A DNA stretch of 64,000 nt. It comes from Octopus sinensis (taxonomy: Eukaryota). The stretch is from positions 206,336,001 through 206,400,000 of the forward strand of contig NC_042997.1 in the NCBI RefSeq assembly GCF_006345805.1. The letters run 5' to 3'. Position 1 is the first letter of the stretch. Each line of letters opens with the position of its first letter. The position numbers were made by a program, and so were the translations under genes. The notes under the pieces were generated by a model. That model was not told the DNA's origin. It was given only the letters and a program-made list of their open reading frames with translations, and did not search any database. Positions 12,290 to 25,969 of the stretch are shown here, in pieces.

Positions 12290-14370
12290 CATTCAAACCC
12301 TTTGCAACCCCAAGTACCTCTGCTTGTAGTAATTATAATTAGCAGTACAAAACGAGGATTAGATGTATGCCAGGTTGGACAAACAAGAGTTGATTATCTG
12401 AACATTTTCTTTTACTTACTTCCACTTCATGAGGCAAGGATTGATGAGTTAAAAAATGGAAGAATGGTAACCCTTAACGCTCTCGAAGCCATTGTACAGG
12501 ACACACTGAGAGAAACAAAAGCCCATAAAACAATAGGAGTTAAAAGTCATCGATAAGAATGAATGATGCAACATCAAATGGAAAATTGTCTACATCCAGT
12601 TTAGGACACAAACAAACTTGTGTTGCAAGAGGGAAGAGATATGGCACCGTAGAGGTGAAATTTTTCTGACAGGAGAAGGCAAGGAAGCACTTCACTTTGA
12701 ACCTAAAAAATGAAACCTGCTTCTGTTACCCATATACTTGGGTTAGAGAGTGGTGAAAATAAAAACTGCAGACATACCACCAGAAATAAACATCTGCTGG
12801 TTGGTGGCAGTTGTCCTTCTGGACATTGAGGGTCACACAAACATCGTACGTGTGTGGAAAGTTGGGCAAGACTTAGAGTTGTGGGTGCAAATAGATTACA
12901 AAACTTAATAAACAATTCTGGACATCATAAATTTACCACATGACACCAAACTCCAGATACCCTTCGAAGGTAGAAATCTGATGTGTCACCTATGTGGGGA
13001 CACAAATCATCTAAAGGTTTTCTGCCCACAACAAATGAGAGAAGGGAGACCCTCACTTCTGCCATCACCATCACCACTACCACCACAACCACAACAGCAG
13101 ATGCAAGTGACTACTATGGATATAAAAGCAACTGCAACAGCAATCACAGCAACACTGACAACAAGAACAACAGCAACAAACAGAACAGAGAACTCACAAA
13201 CGTCTATGGCTTTAATATGCCAGGGAGTAGCAAAAGCAACAGCATCAGAATTTGCCAAAACATGAACTTTATTCTTAGCAAAAAAAACAAAAATCTCCTC
13301 TAAACATGTCCATTCCATGTTTGTATTTGTCTGATAGGTACCGACTGGATTTATTGAAAGTGCCAGTATGGATTTTGGATGAATCGCATCAGGTCATTCA
13401 GATCGCATCTTGACAGGATGTTCTGTAGGTCAGTAGATAAGGATAGTGTAAGTTGTCCACTTTTAAAAATCATTGGCTACATCGACCACGTATGTATGAT
13501 TTCTACAGTTGACCTAGATAGGCTTAAGAAGGCAGGAACTCGGCTACTGGGAGCTGAATGTGTCACTGTTGGCATGTCAGGCTTACAGAGACTGGATTAA
13601 AGAATTAGTTAAGCATTGACAGGGGCAATCATCGACAACACATGGTAGCTTGCACTGAAAAGACCAGTTAGAGTAAAATCAATTGCCAGTAAAGATTAGT
13701 GTTAGAAAGAAATAAAATAGAAGGGAAATTAGAAACTTAGAAAAGGCAATTAGAAAATGTATCATAACTGACATACTGGCTGTGAGATTGGCCCCTGGGT
13801 CACTTCTTCAATGCTAAACACAAAAGTTGCATTGTCAGAGCTAAAATGCTTGCACTGAGACAAGTCAGAATGAAAATCATCCAATGGACCTCAGTGGCAG
13901 AGCTCCAATACTAGCAACAAAGCCACAATTTGGTTTTTGGTGGACCAAAATGGGGTACATGGTATTCGAACCCAAGCAGAGGTGTGTGGCATTTCAACAG
14001 CACTTCACCCAACAGTTTGGAATGAATGGCAGTCCAGAACGCAGGATGAATTTCAGTGCTTACCTTGCAGACATACCATAACTCTTGGTAAGTGGGGCAT
14101 AGCCTTACAAAATGTTGATAACAGCTGCAAAAATATGGGATGTGATAATGGGTTGCATAGGTGGGGGAGGTGCAAATTGCTTGATTTGGATGGTCTGCTC
14201 TATGGTCTTTACTTTATATGCCACACTTATTTGGTGGTCTTTCAGCAGATATCTACCATGACTGGCTGAAGAATAGGAGAATTTCCAATTCTGTGAGTCG
14301 AAGAACGGTGACACTGCTAATAAAGGGCCCAAACAAGGATTCTTCATGACTACATTGCATCCCATCAAGC
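12290..14370 (+). mobile_element. Highly decayed L1/Tx1-like LINE (ORF1 zinc knuckle, EN and RT-start remnants)
   Basis: CCHC knuckle 'CHLCGDTNHLKVFCP' at 12981; EN-terminal-like 'RSHLDRMF...IDH' at ~13400-13490; 'LDLDGLLYGLY' (PGxDGLPYEFY-like) at ~14180. Confidence 0.6.
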
Positions 14371-14374
14371 TCTC

Positions 14375-14618
14375 CTCCCTACCCTATTTACCACCTGTTG
14401 ACTTCCATCTATTCCCCAAATGAAGAGGCAATCAAAGGTTGCTATTTTAATACCATTGTCATGATTCAGAGTAAACTGTTGAAGGTCCTCGATCTGCTGT
14501 GCAGTTTATTGCTGTGCAAGGTAACTATTTCAAAGAAAATGATTTTTAAAACATAGGCAAAAAAGTTATTTTTTATTGAACATGATTAGTCCGGAAAGTT
14601 TTTGATAGCACTTTGTAA
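14375..14618 (+). mobile_element. mariner 3' end relic
   Basis: 'DLPPVDFHLFP'-like (DLAPxDFxLF) reading near 14385-14420 and a TIR-like tagtccggaaagtttttgatagcactttgta end. Confidence 0.55.
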
Positions 14619-15049
14619 ACCAATATTGAAATAGAAGAAACATTTGAGAATGAAAATGCATATTAGTTTTGGAATAGAGTCTACTTTCATAGAAGCACAT
14701 TGCCATCTTGTGATGTCTTGAAAGAGGGACTTTAGTTCATGAAACTGGTGAAGAATATGGAAAAAATGATGGAGAGAGAAATAATCATTCTACTGTTTTT
14801 CTGAAACGATTGAATGAAGGAAACCAAGGTAGACGGTGCCTGTGAGTTGTCTAGGTTGATTGTGTATTGGGGAGGCTTATTTCATTTTCTGCCTACCAGA
14901 CCTACTCACAGAGCTTTGTTTGGCCTAAGGCTGTAGTTAAAGAGACTTTCCGAAGGTACCATACATTGAGACAACTTAAATTAAGGCAATTAAAAGTAAT
15001 AGCAACAGAAGCAGTATTAATACCAAAAGGCAATCTTTATATCCAACTA

Positions 15050-16450
15050 AATGTGAATGTTGTGTTAGAACACCAAATACTGCCTTATTTACCTTGAGAG
15101 GACCTCTCATATGGACACAGAGTCCATAAAATTTTTTCCATACAATTTAATATTTTTGGCACTTGTATTCTTTTCCTCTCACTTGTATGCTTAGGTTCAA
15201 TCACCTGCTGTGGTGTTGGTACTTGGAACGTATCATACAACCATTCCATTGACTCCTCCAACTTCTTTGGTTCACTTTCCACGAATCTCTTTTTCAGAAG
15301 GTTCCTGTGTCTCTTTTGTATGCCTTTTCTACTTTTTACCCAATACATTATTTTTACCTATTCATTTGGTAATTACGCCATCTTCCCAACTCTGCTTTCC
15401 AATCTTGTATGCCCTCATATACACCTTTTCACCAACTTTAAAGAGTCTTGCTATGTCTTCCCTGGCACGTTTTGTTTTCTTGCCAGGGAGCAATTTATCA
15501 AAGACTGACTTAACTTTCCTTGCAAACATCAGCTCCACTGGTGAGCTACTGGCTGGTGTATTTGGATTTGGTGTCACACGGTACACTCTTAAAAATTGTT
15601 GTAGAGCTACTTCATTTGTAACTTCCTTATTCAACTTTCTTTGGGTTCTCTTGAAGGTGATGACAAAGCGTTCTGCACTGTAGTTTATATGTTCTACCGT
15701 GAATGTTTCACAAAATTTTTATAATCCACTAGACACAAAATGCATTCCATTGTTAGACATTGTCTTGTCTGGGTGTAAAAAATATATCACAGTTGAGGGG
15801 GTTGGTCTTTTTTACATTTTATAGTTTCAGGCCATCTTGAGAAGCTATCAACTACCACTAAGTAGTAAGAACCATTTAAAGGACCAGCAAAATCGGCGTG
15901 CAGTCTTCACCATAGACCAATGTTTAGATTTTATTGTCGGCAATTTTTTGTTTCATTTTGGCTTACATACCAGTGTTCCACTCTGTTTTACTGCAGTTTT
16001 TTGTTTCAGTCCCTCAGCCACATTCAAACCTTTGACTGATCCAACGATATTTCCACACAAAGCACTTATGGGTGTATTCCATACTTTGAATAATTCCATC
16101 CACCCTGTGCCGAATAAATTAACTGAACTTTTTAACACAAATTTTGCCTTTTTTGTTTGCCTTTTTCATTTGACCTTGAAATGTTACATTACATACAAAT
16201 TCACAGAAAAAATATAATCTTTTTCCTGTTACACCATGTACTGCCTTTTTTGATTTAATTAATTTCAGCTTACCAACATATTTCCACGGTTTTTCATTTA
16301 TAATGGTGATATCACTGACCATGTCCAACTGCATTTTAACTGATTTTCACCTTCATGAATTTCCTCATTGTTATATTGCCAATTTCTTCTGATGGCATAC
16401 TATTTATTCTTTCTCCTTTGCTGTACCATTTTGTCATCTGCATTCTACAG
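15050..16450 (-). mobile_element. Ty3/Gypsy pol relic (protease and integrase; RT/RNaseH apparently deleted)
   Basis: Protease 'MQLDMVSDITIINEKPW' (LDTG-like) at 16334; integrase C-terminus 'ALQQFLRVYRVTPNPNTP...SPVELMFARKVKSVFDKLLP' at 15362-15634. Confidence 0.75.
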
Positions 16451-16459
16451 TGCTTCTTT

Positions 16460-19140
16460 ATTTGTCCTACTCTGTTGGACATGCACATTGACACTGGCAT
16501 GGAAGCATACTGGCTTCATTTCTTTCTACTCTACACATGTCTTCGGCTATCACAGCCCATGTTTCAATGCCATGTAGTGTAATTGTTCACACACAAGCAT
16601 TATGCAATCGGCCTTTCACTCTGAGGGAGATGCCCTTTGTTGTCAGTAGAGGTAGAAACTCTCTGAACTTTGCCCAGCGTAATCTTATTCTCACAGCTAT
16701 GCTCTTGGAGTATCCATCTTCGCTACTAACTTGGTCACCCAGGTAACAGAAGCTATCTACTACCTCTGGTATACCCCTAGTTGATGGAGCCTAAATTCTG
16801 CACACTTTCAGCGTTTATTGTACCTGTACATCTTCCACACACAAAACCTATTTTTCCCTGTTAACCTTCCTCTGGCATTGCTGCATCTTTTATATTTCCA
16901 AAGCTTACACCAGGTCCATCTTATGGAATTTCTGCCTATGCCTTTTTTAAAGATCAAATAAGGCGATCTACCTGAAGGGATTTGTGATTTGTTTGCCTTC
17001 CTACTTACTAGGACTTTGGTTTTTGCTAGATCAACTCTAAAGCTCTTCAATTCTAGACCTTGCTTCCATACCTGAACCTTCTTCTCTAGTTCTTGTAGTG
17101 ATTCTACTATGAGAGCATAGAAGAGCTCCCAGGGGAAGCCTGTCTAGAATTCCTCCGTTAATACCTGGAGGACTATGATGATCAAGCGGGGTTGAGCACC
17201 CTGAATTATTCACTGTACTCGTTACCAACACTCACCTTACTGATAGCATCCCTGTACAGGGCTTGTACAACTCTTACCAACCATTCATCTATCCCTAGTT
17301 TCTGCATTGCCCACCAGATAACGGATCAGAGAATTCTGTCAAAATCTTTTCCATGTCAACAAAAAGCCAGGTACAGAGGTTTATCTTTGGCTATATATTT
17401 CTCCTGCAACTGTCTTACCAGAAATATAGCATCAGTGGTGCTTCTGCCTGGCACAAAACCAAACTGCACTTCATCTAAACTAATTCCCTCCCTAAGTAGT
17501 TGGGCTACGGCCCTTTCCATGACTCATCCCCTGATCCAACTATTTGATACCTCTGTAATTATTTCTATCTAAATCATCACCTTTACCCTTGTAGCTGTTG
17601 ACTATGGTGCTGCTACACCAGTCATTGAGTATGATTCCTTCATGAACTACCTGATTTACAATACGTGTAACTCAACTATAACCCACACCACCAGATATTT
17701 TAAGCATCTCAGCAGTGATTCCTGATGGGGTGGGGGCTTTCCCTGTCATCAAACCCTTAATTGCTTTATCCATCAAGGTACTGTCAATTTGGATAGACTC
17801 CCCTCCTCCCATTCATTCTCCACATTCAGCAGTCTTTCATAATAGCATTTCCATGCCTCTTTCTTTGCAGAATCATTAAACTCAAGTGCACCATCATCGA
17901 TGCACATACATTTCTCTCCTATAACATCACAATTTTATCTCACTCACTGTCTTACAATCTGAAACACATCAGTTCTTTGGTCCTCACATCACTGAACAGA
18001 GGCAAACTTCTTTTCTGCTTCTCCCTTGGCTAGATATACCTGTCTCCTAGCTTCCTAGCTTCCCTTCAGGCAATTTAAACAGTTTCCTGCTATCCCCACT
18101 CCTCCAGGTCTTCCAGGCCTGTTTCTTTGCTTTAATGGCCCTGTCTACTGCATCGTTCCACCACTATGTTACCCTAAGTCTGGAAGGGACTTCACACCAG
18201 CTGCAGATTTGGTCTGTGGCACTCAGCAAGCTGTCTCACAGGAATTCCTAGTTGCTCTGTATGTCACAAGTCTGTAGCTCCTCCTCCTCCCTCTCATCAG
18301 ATTTCTCAGTTTGGATGTCCCTAAATCTCTGACCATATGAAGGGTCCTTAAGCTTCCAAATTTTTCTTATCCAGATTGGTCTGCTTCTTGGCATCCTTCT
18401 GGCCTGGAGTCTAAAGACATTATTGATTAGTCTATGCTGGGGGTACATTCTTCACCAGGGAAAGTCTTTGCATTTAAGAGCAACCATACATCCCACTGTC
18501 TGGTCAGGATGTAATCAATCTGGTTAGCAGAAACACCTGACTGATAGGTTATCAGGTAGCTGATTGGCTTCCTGAAGTTGGTGTTGCAAATCAGTTGGTT
18601 ATTTGCATCACAGAACTTCAGTAGCCTTTTTCCATTTTCATTTCAGGAACCAATTCTATGGTTCCCATGTACACCATGGAAATTATTGGGCAGCCATCTG
18701 GCATGCCCATTTGAATCCCCCAGCCATGAAGTCGAGATCTTTGTCACTCATCTTTGAAGTAGGCTGCAGAAGAATATCACAAAAGTGGTCCATCTGTACA
18801 TTTGGTAGGCCCACTTGTGGGATGTAGGCAAATATAATTGTAGCTATACAATTCTGTAAGACCAGCCTGAACTTAAGTATTCTATCACATATTCTAACTA
18901 CCTCTATGACCTTATTCACCCATTTATTATCTAGAAGTATGCCCACCTCACTTGCCCCATCACTGTTACCTTCCCAGAAGATTTTATACCCTTGAGTCTT
19001 GCCTGTGAGGAATCTGACTGAAGCTCCTTTCCACCTTACCCCTTGAATGCAACATATCTCAACATGCCTCCTTTCAAGTATCTCTACAATCTAGTTAGAC
19101 CTACTTTTCAGTGTGTCTACATTGTGGGTGCCAACTCTAA
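16460..19140 (-). mobile_element. Decayed RTE family A LINE (EN through RT and C-terminus)
   Basis: 'GILLDNKWVNKVIEVVRICDRIL' (EN) at 18946, 'VDLAKTKVLVS' (RT end) at ~17030. Many disablements. Confidence 0.85.
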
Positions 19141-19908
19141 AATTCGCACAGCTAAAACTTTTGTGAGTTTGTTAACTCCTCTTCAAGTTTCTATTAACCC
19201 CACATGAATTGGTTTATCCTGTTATAATTCTTAAAATGTTGAATTGTTTTAATGCCTATTTTGGGATACAGTATATTTAGTAAAACTAATTAAGACACAA
19301 CTATCTCTGACCACCTACCGTGTACTCTGGTACTTCACGTACTTCTCTTTACTTACAGTGACTAGGTTATTCCATTGGTCACATGGGAAGGGTATACCAT
19401 TATTACTAATTCCCAACAACACTTGTACTCTGGTTTTGTTACTGAAATGTTTTTGGACATATGAGATGCAAGAAAAATAACCTCAACTTCAACATTCTTG
19501 ATAGACATTTCAACAGAAAACACAAGACTCAGCAGTTTTAATCAGAATGGTGAGTGGAGAGAAGAAACAATACAACTTCAGCTACATGAAGACACCATTG
19601 CCACATGTTTAACTTCACTAACATCACATCAGTGGCCATGTAAAGTGTGGGAGTTTTTTCTGCTGCATTCACTATAATACCATATTGACATAGGTTTCAT
19701 GTCTCTCAGAAGACAGGCAGGCCATACACAGAATAACTTTGATCTGAATGACAAAGTAATTTTCCCCTCTTGTTTGTTACTGATTAGAAATGAACCATTA
19801 AATATTTCAAATATTTTGTCATGCTTTTGTTATATTAAATCTCTTCTATTTGCAAAAATGAAAAAATTAAGCATAAAAATAATTCTGATTGTTTTTTTGT
19901 TTTAACAG

Positions 19909-19954
19909 AAATTTCGTGAATATCTCTTAAAAACTGAAAAATTTCATTCAAAAG
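19909..19954 (+). CDS. PARP14-like gene, 46-nt linker exon (KFREYLLKTEKFHSK, phase 0 to 1)
   Basis: Polypyrimidine tract and ttttaacAG acceptor, AAG|GTAAAT donor. Joins in frame (g+ac = Asp) to the exon at 24340. Paralogous to the 29476 exon. Confidence 0.65.
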
Positions 19955-20019
19955 GTAAATAATTTGTTCATTAATATTGAATATTATTATGACCTCTATA
20001 CCTGTGGGGTGTGCCCTGG

Positions 20020-20600
20020 CACCTGGCCTTCCACCATTTACTTCTCTCTTCCTTACTTTACCATCCCATCTAGGCCATGGTCCCTATCCTTTGCGAGGAT
20101 ACCCTGGCACCTCTCTTCCACTCCCACTCTCCCTCTCTCCCTTTGCTTTCCCTCTGGTAGGGTAACCACGTATCTCCCTCCTTCTGTCCTCTCTCTCACA
20201 TTGGGTAACCGTGTATCTCCTCTTCAGCAGCATGCCTGTTTCTGCTCTCATTCTTAACCATACACCCTCTCTCTCTCTCCTTCCCTTGCTCTTCCCTCCA
20301 ACTAGGTAACCATTCATCTCATTTACACCAGAACATCTGTTCCTACCTTCTTTCATGTTATCTCTCACTCCCTCTCCCCCTTTCTTCTCTCTCCCCCTCT
20401 TCTCTCTCCCCTTCTTCTCTCTCTCTCCCTTTCTTCTCTCTCTCTCTCCCTTTCTTCTCTCCCCTTCTTCTCTTTCTCTCTCACTTTCTCTCCTTTTCTT
20501 CAATTCCCCTCTCTCTCTCTCTCTCTGTAACCATGTATCTCCTCTACAGCAAGACATCTGTTTCTGTCTCTCTCCAACCATTCATCATCTGGCACAAGCT
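20020..20600. repeat. (CT)-rich low-complexity tract with ggtaacc(a/g)...tatctc sub-repeats
   Basis: Directly visible pyrimidine-rich sequence; it precedes an RTE-type 3' UTR at ~20640-20910. Confidence 0.7.
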
Positions 20601-21045
20601 CCCCTCCTCCAGTGCTGCCTCTCCTTTGTCTTGCAAGGTTACTTGGTTACCCTGCTGGTGCCACTTAAAAAGCACCCAGTCTATGCTGTGAAGTGGTTGC
20701 TATTTGGAAGGGCATCTAGCTGTAAAAATCTTGCCAAAACTGACCTCACCTGTGATTGTGCCATGTAAAAAGCACTGCTAAGTGGTTGGTGTTAGGAAGG
20801 GCATCCAGCTGTAAGAATCCAACCAAGACAATTACAGAAGTCTGGTGCAGGCTTCTGTAAAACCATCCAACTCATGCAAGCATGGAAGGAGGATGTTAAA
20901 TTATGATGGCAATGGCAGAAAGCAACCAGATGGCCTTACCCTGTGTCCCTGGGTAAGAGGTAGGTGTCTCTCTATGTTGTCTGCAATACTGAATATTCTC
21001 AAACATTCATTATCCATGTGTGTAGAATCATATCATAGGCTTTCT

Positions 21046-22076
21046 GCATCTGTTCAGTTTGGCGTACAAATTTTTTAATTTTTGAAACTTTGTATACTGG
21101 TAGAATCTCTCAGTCAGAACAGTTTACTTTAAACATTTTTGACAAAATTTCATATTTTAGAAGTTATTTCAGGTTAAAGTTGTTGTATTTGGGTAATTTT
21201 AACCAATCAACGATGTGTATTCAGTTGACGAAAGCTACTGCTGTTTGTGATAGTAATTGAAGAGGAACAACTTACGGGTCATCTCTACTAAATGTCACCA
21301 CTCTGTTCTATTCGTATGTCGAGCGAAGACAATGTCACCTTTATCCTTTCTTCCTTCCTAGTTAGCACCATGCATTCCTTACTCTTTCCCTCCCTACTGG
21401 CAGACAGCCACTTCTACACTATCAACTAGCAACCAGTGAGTGAACTTGTCTCTACCACTACAATTACTGGAGATTGACTGATTCTGCTGAATTTTTCAAG
21501 GAAAGATTGGTTGGTGAACAATGTGAAAGACTACGGCTTCAGTACATTGGTGCCTGGAAGAAAACACAGCATATTTATTTTGTTTTACCGTCATGTTTTT
21601 ATAATGTTATTTTTAATCTAATAGAGACTTTCATATTGATGAAAAGTGTTTGTTGATGATTATAGTAAGATAAAATCATAACAATAATAATATATCTCAT
21701 CGTGTTGATCAGTGTTACTCCGATGCAAGAACCTAAAACAAAAAAAAATGTGTATAATATGCAACATGGACAGTAAACAATAAATAAAATAGTGCAGAGT
21801 GGCGACATTTAGTAGAAATTACCTGGAAGTTGTTCCTCTTCAATTACTATCGCAAACAGCAGTAGCTTTCTTCAACTGAATACATGTTTTTGATTGGTTA
21901 GAGTTACCCAAATGCAACAACTTTAACATGAAATAACTTCTAAAATACGAAATTTTGTCAAAAATGTTTAAAGTAAACCATATTCTGCATGAGAAATTTC
22001 ACCAGTATACAAAATTTCAAACTGTTTAGTTAAAAAAAAATTAATAAAAAATCTGTGAGCCAGATTGAACAGATCT
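21046..22076. mobile_element. Non-autonomous DNA transposon (MITE) with ~260-bp TIRs and an 8-bp TSD
   Basis: 21046-21305 is the reverse complement of ~21795-22076. GGCTTTCT is duplicated at 21038-21045 and 22077-22084. Confidence 0.88.
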
Positions 22077-22139
22077 GGCTTTCTTATTATCTATCCATGC
22101 TATTGTTAAATTTTTCTTTCTAGATTTTACTTTATTTAG

Positions 22140-23470
22140 AACTGAATTATCTGTATATAATAGATCATGTGCTTCTCTAGCATTCTTCCTGCAACAATTC
22201 ACTGCTACCACCATTCTTCCAGTCCTTCCAAGCCTGTTTCTTTTCCCTAATGGCCCTTTTAACTACATTGTTCCACCACTAAATTACCTTGGGTCGAGAG
22301 GGGACTTTGCACCATCCACAGATCTGTTTCGTGGTCCTCAACATGTTGTCCTGTTGGAACCTCCAGTTGTCTTCAACATCATGTGATGCTATGTCCCCCT
22401 CTATTTTGTCAAAAGCTTTGACTAATATGTCTCTAAATCTCTATCCATTCACAAGATCCTTAAGCTTCCAGACCCTTCTTGTCCATGCTGGTCATCTCCT
22501 GGGCATCCATTTAGCCCTGATCCTGAAGTCACTAACTACTAATCTATGTTGTGAGGTACATTCTTGACATGGGAACATTTTGGCATTTATAGGTAGCCAT
22601 CTTTCCCATTTCCTGGTGAGGGTGTAATCATTTTGACTAGTGTGTCCACCAGATCAGTAGGTGAATAGATGACTGGCAGGTTTCCTGAAGTTATCATTAC
22701 AAACCAGAGGATCATTTGCATCGTAGAACTCCAGCAGCCTGGTTCCCTCCTCATTACAGGAACCAAAACCGTAGCATCAGTGTATGCCATGGAAGCCCCT
22801 TGCATGTTGTCCAACTTGTCCATTGAAGTTGCCAGCCACAAAGAGAAGGTCCCTGTTGTTCATCCACAAGGTAATCTGCAAGAGGAAGGGTGTCATAAAA
22901 TTAGTCTTTCTGTTCATCTGGTAGCCCTGGCTGAGGAGCATAAGCTGAGATAATGGTTGCTAATCCATGTTGCAGCACTAATCTAATCCTTAGTATTCTA
23001 TCACAGACTCTGACTACCTCGATTACCTTGTCAACCCATTTCTCTGCAAGAAGTATACCCACTCCCCCGACCCCATGTGTGTTCCCTACCCAGAAAATCT
23101 TACACCTATGTTCTTTGCCTGTGAGGAACCTAGCAGAACCTCCTCTCCACCTTACTTCTTGGATGCAGCACAAATCTACATGTCTCTGCTCGAGCATTTC
23201 AAGAATCTCACCAGACCTATCTGTCAGTGTGCCAACCCTATGGATGTGGGAGGTGTGGGCCTGAGAAACCCTGGGATGGGGGACAGCAGTATCATGTACC
23301 TGAAAAGAAAGCTCGCATTTGGTTGAACTCATAAACATACATTAGCCTTCACCCTTCATACACTACACCATCATTTTATGTGCTACATAATCACTACATT
23401 ACATAGGAGATAAACCCTAAGTAGGGACGGGAGAGCATTAAGCCTTTGGAAATGTTCAGGGGAAAGACAT
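22140..23470 (-). mobile_element. RTE family A 5' part (5' UTR and APE endonuclease)
   Basis: ORF 22901-23338 'VGTLTDRSGEILEMLEQRHVDLCCIQEVRWRG...GVGILLAEKW...ISAYAPQPG'. Confidence 0.87.
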
Positions 23471-24339
23471 CCGATAGAGGTCTGAGAATAAAGACTTCTG
23501 TGAAACGGCAAACACTCTGGCTGCTGGTGTGGAATAATAATAATAATAATAATGAGATAGAATTGGACATTTGCATTCTTAACTAGAGCTATAAGCAACA
23601 GTTTTCAGTCAGCCAAACTATGACAAAATTAAATGAATGAATGGCTGAATGGCAATAATAAATGAGTGTAAGAGAAAGGGAGAGCTGGATTGAGCATAGG
23701 GATCTTAAGTTTCTTTCTCGAAACATACAGCTTGGAAGACTATGCTGACATACATAATGAAATAATAAAGTAATCATAATTTGCACTGTAAAAACAGGTT
23801 TTAGATGTGTGCTAGGTTGGAAATCAAAGTTGCTCGGCAAGAGAGATCAATACCACGAGAGATCAGTACTAGTCTTACAAAGAGTAAGTCCTGTAGCTGA
23901 TTTGTTCAACTAGATGTGGTGTTCTAGCATGGCTTCAGTGAAATGACTGAAACAAATAAAAGAATATAGATACATGTATAAAAAGCACCATTCGAGTGTG
24001 GTCGATGCTACTACCAACTGACTGGCTCACGTGCCAGTGACACATAAAAAGTACTATTCTAGCATGGTCAGTGCCAGTGCTGCCTGATTGACCCACATGC
24101 CAGTGGCACACAAAATGCGCCCACAACACTCACGGAGTGGTTGGTGTTAGGAAGGGCATCCAGCTGTAAAAACCTTGCCAGATCAGATTGGAACCTGGTA
24201 CAGCCTCCTGGCTTGCCAGTCCTCAGTGAAACCATCCAACCCATGCCCGCATGGAAAGCAGGCATTAAACAATTATCATCATGATGATATGTATACATAA
24301 CATACAACATACACCTTGATATTTGTTTATTTTTTTCAG

Positions 24340-24476
24340 ACACTGCATCACCAAACCCATCCCTTCCTGGTCCACAACAGAAAGCAGCCCCTATGACACC
24401 CAGAACTAATGTGGCATCCGGAGAAAATGCTGGCATTGAAATAAACCTAATGACTGATTCAATTTCTAATGCATCT
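24340..24476 (+). CDS. PARP14-like exon: Pro-rich linker and first strand of a macrodomain (TASPNPSLPGPQQKAAPMTPRTNVASGENAGIEINLMTDSISNAS)
   Basis: ttttttcAG acceptor, TCT|GTGAGT donor; open frame continuous with the 24758 exon. Confidence 0.78.
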
Positions 24477-24757
24477 GTGAGTAAATAGATTCACTTAACA
24501 TATTTGTATTTAATTGTTATTTCATTTGCAAATGAGGAATCATTACAGTTAATTAAAACATTTTCTCAATCTAACTCAAACATTTTATTTCCTTCACATC
24601 TGATATCTTGAATATATCTTTTGCTAACTTTAACAACCTCAAACTTACTACAGCCATGCTGTAGAGCCTTTCTTAACAACAATATCAACTGCAACAATGT
24701 ATTTCTCTTCTCTCCATGGAATGTTCCTTAGTTGTTTACCATTAATTACTTTTGTAG

Positions 24758-24985
24758 GTTGATGTCATCATTAACAGCACCAATAGAAGCCTCCAGCTTA
24801 ACAATGGTTCTCTCTCCAAATATATTCTCTTTGCTGCTGGTTCAGAGATACAAGATGAATGTAGCCAGAAATATCCTCGAGGTATTTCTACATATAAAAT
24901 AGCCGTCACTAAAGGATATAACCTCAAATGTAAGAATGTATTTCATCTGGCATTACCTCCCTGGGATGAAAATTCCTCTGATTTA
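24758..24985 (+). CDS. PARP14-like exon, macrodomain N-half (VDVIINSTNRSLQLNNGSLSKYILFAAGSEIQDEC...VTKGYNLKCKNVFHLALPPW)
   Basis: ttttgtAG acceptor and GTAAGT donor, 76 codons. Matches the PARP14 macro2/3 pattern DVxVNS...GxLSKxxLxxAG...TxGxxLxCKxVxH. Absent from the ORF track. Confidence 0.9.
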
Positions 24986-25595
24986 GTAAGTATCAATCAT
25001 ATGATATTGATTTATTGAAACAGTTAATGTTTGAAGAGAACCTTATGCATGTTGTGTGAGAATCATAAAGCAAATGTCAGCATCCTGTTTAATATTTGTT
25101 CTTCCAAGTTATCATTGGAAGGAAGCAGAAGATATTGATGAACAGGACACTTTTATATATAAATAGAAGGAAAAAAGCCTCATGGCCTAACAACAGTTAT
25201 GTGACTGATAAATAAGACTATATTCAAACATATTTCTCTGTTTTACTCTCTGTATTGGTGAGTTTTTCTCTGTCATGGCACGAGCACTAGAGAGGTTGTC
25301 ATGTCCTCAACAACACTTAAGACTCCTCTTGGGTCTGCATTGTCTCTCTTCATTCACCAACCATTTTACACGGTGGATTGGGTCTGTTTTATTGTAGCAG
25401 CATCATGAGTGAGGTTGCCTTGTCCCTTGCAGGACTAAAGAGTGATAGGAATGACAGTTGTGTTTAGAAGTGGTAGGAGTGAGATGAGTTGTGAGAGGAG
25501 GATATATTTATTACAACTTAATGGTTTCTTCCTGTAATAAGAAAATAATTTAATAAAATGTTCATTATCAATTACTAAACAATTATTTTTTTTAG

Positions 25596-25823
25596 ATTCT
25601 GGCAAACTTGACTCAAATGATTACCATATGCTTACACACTGCGGAGAGAATGGGAGCAGAAAGCCTTGCATTTCCTATAATAGGATCTGGAGTACTGAAG
25701 TACCCCATTGAAAAACTACCTAGAACTATGTATGAAGCAGTGAAAAGCTACTCAAATCTAAATTCAAACCAGATCAAAGTTGTAAACTTCGTTGTTTTTC
25801 CTCCAGACAAAGAAATAATAAAG
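25596..25823 (+). CDS. PARP14-like exon, macrodomain C-half (ILANLTQMITICLHTAE...SLAFPIIGSGVLKYP...VNFVVFPPDKEIIK)
   Basis: tttttttAG acceptor and AAG|GTTGGT donor, 76 codons; canonical macrodomain 'SIAFPxIGxG' loop. Confidence 0.9.
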
Positions 25824-25969
25824 GTTGGTTGATGTATTTGTTGTTTGTTGTTTGATGTTGATATTCTTGGAATTTACCAAAAACCAATATTCCGCAATAA
25901 AGAAAAGAAAATAGAAATGACCCTCATGATAATTTACTGCCCTTGTTCCATACTTTATATATATATATA

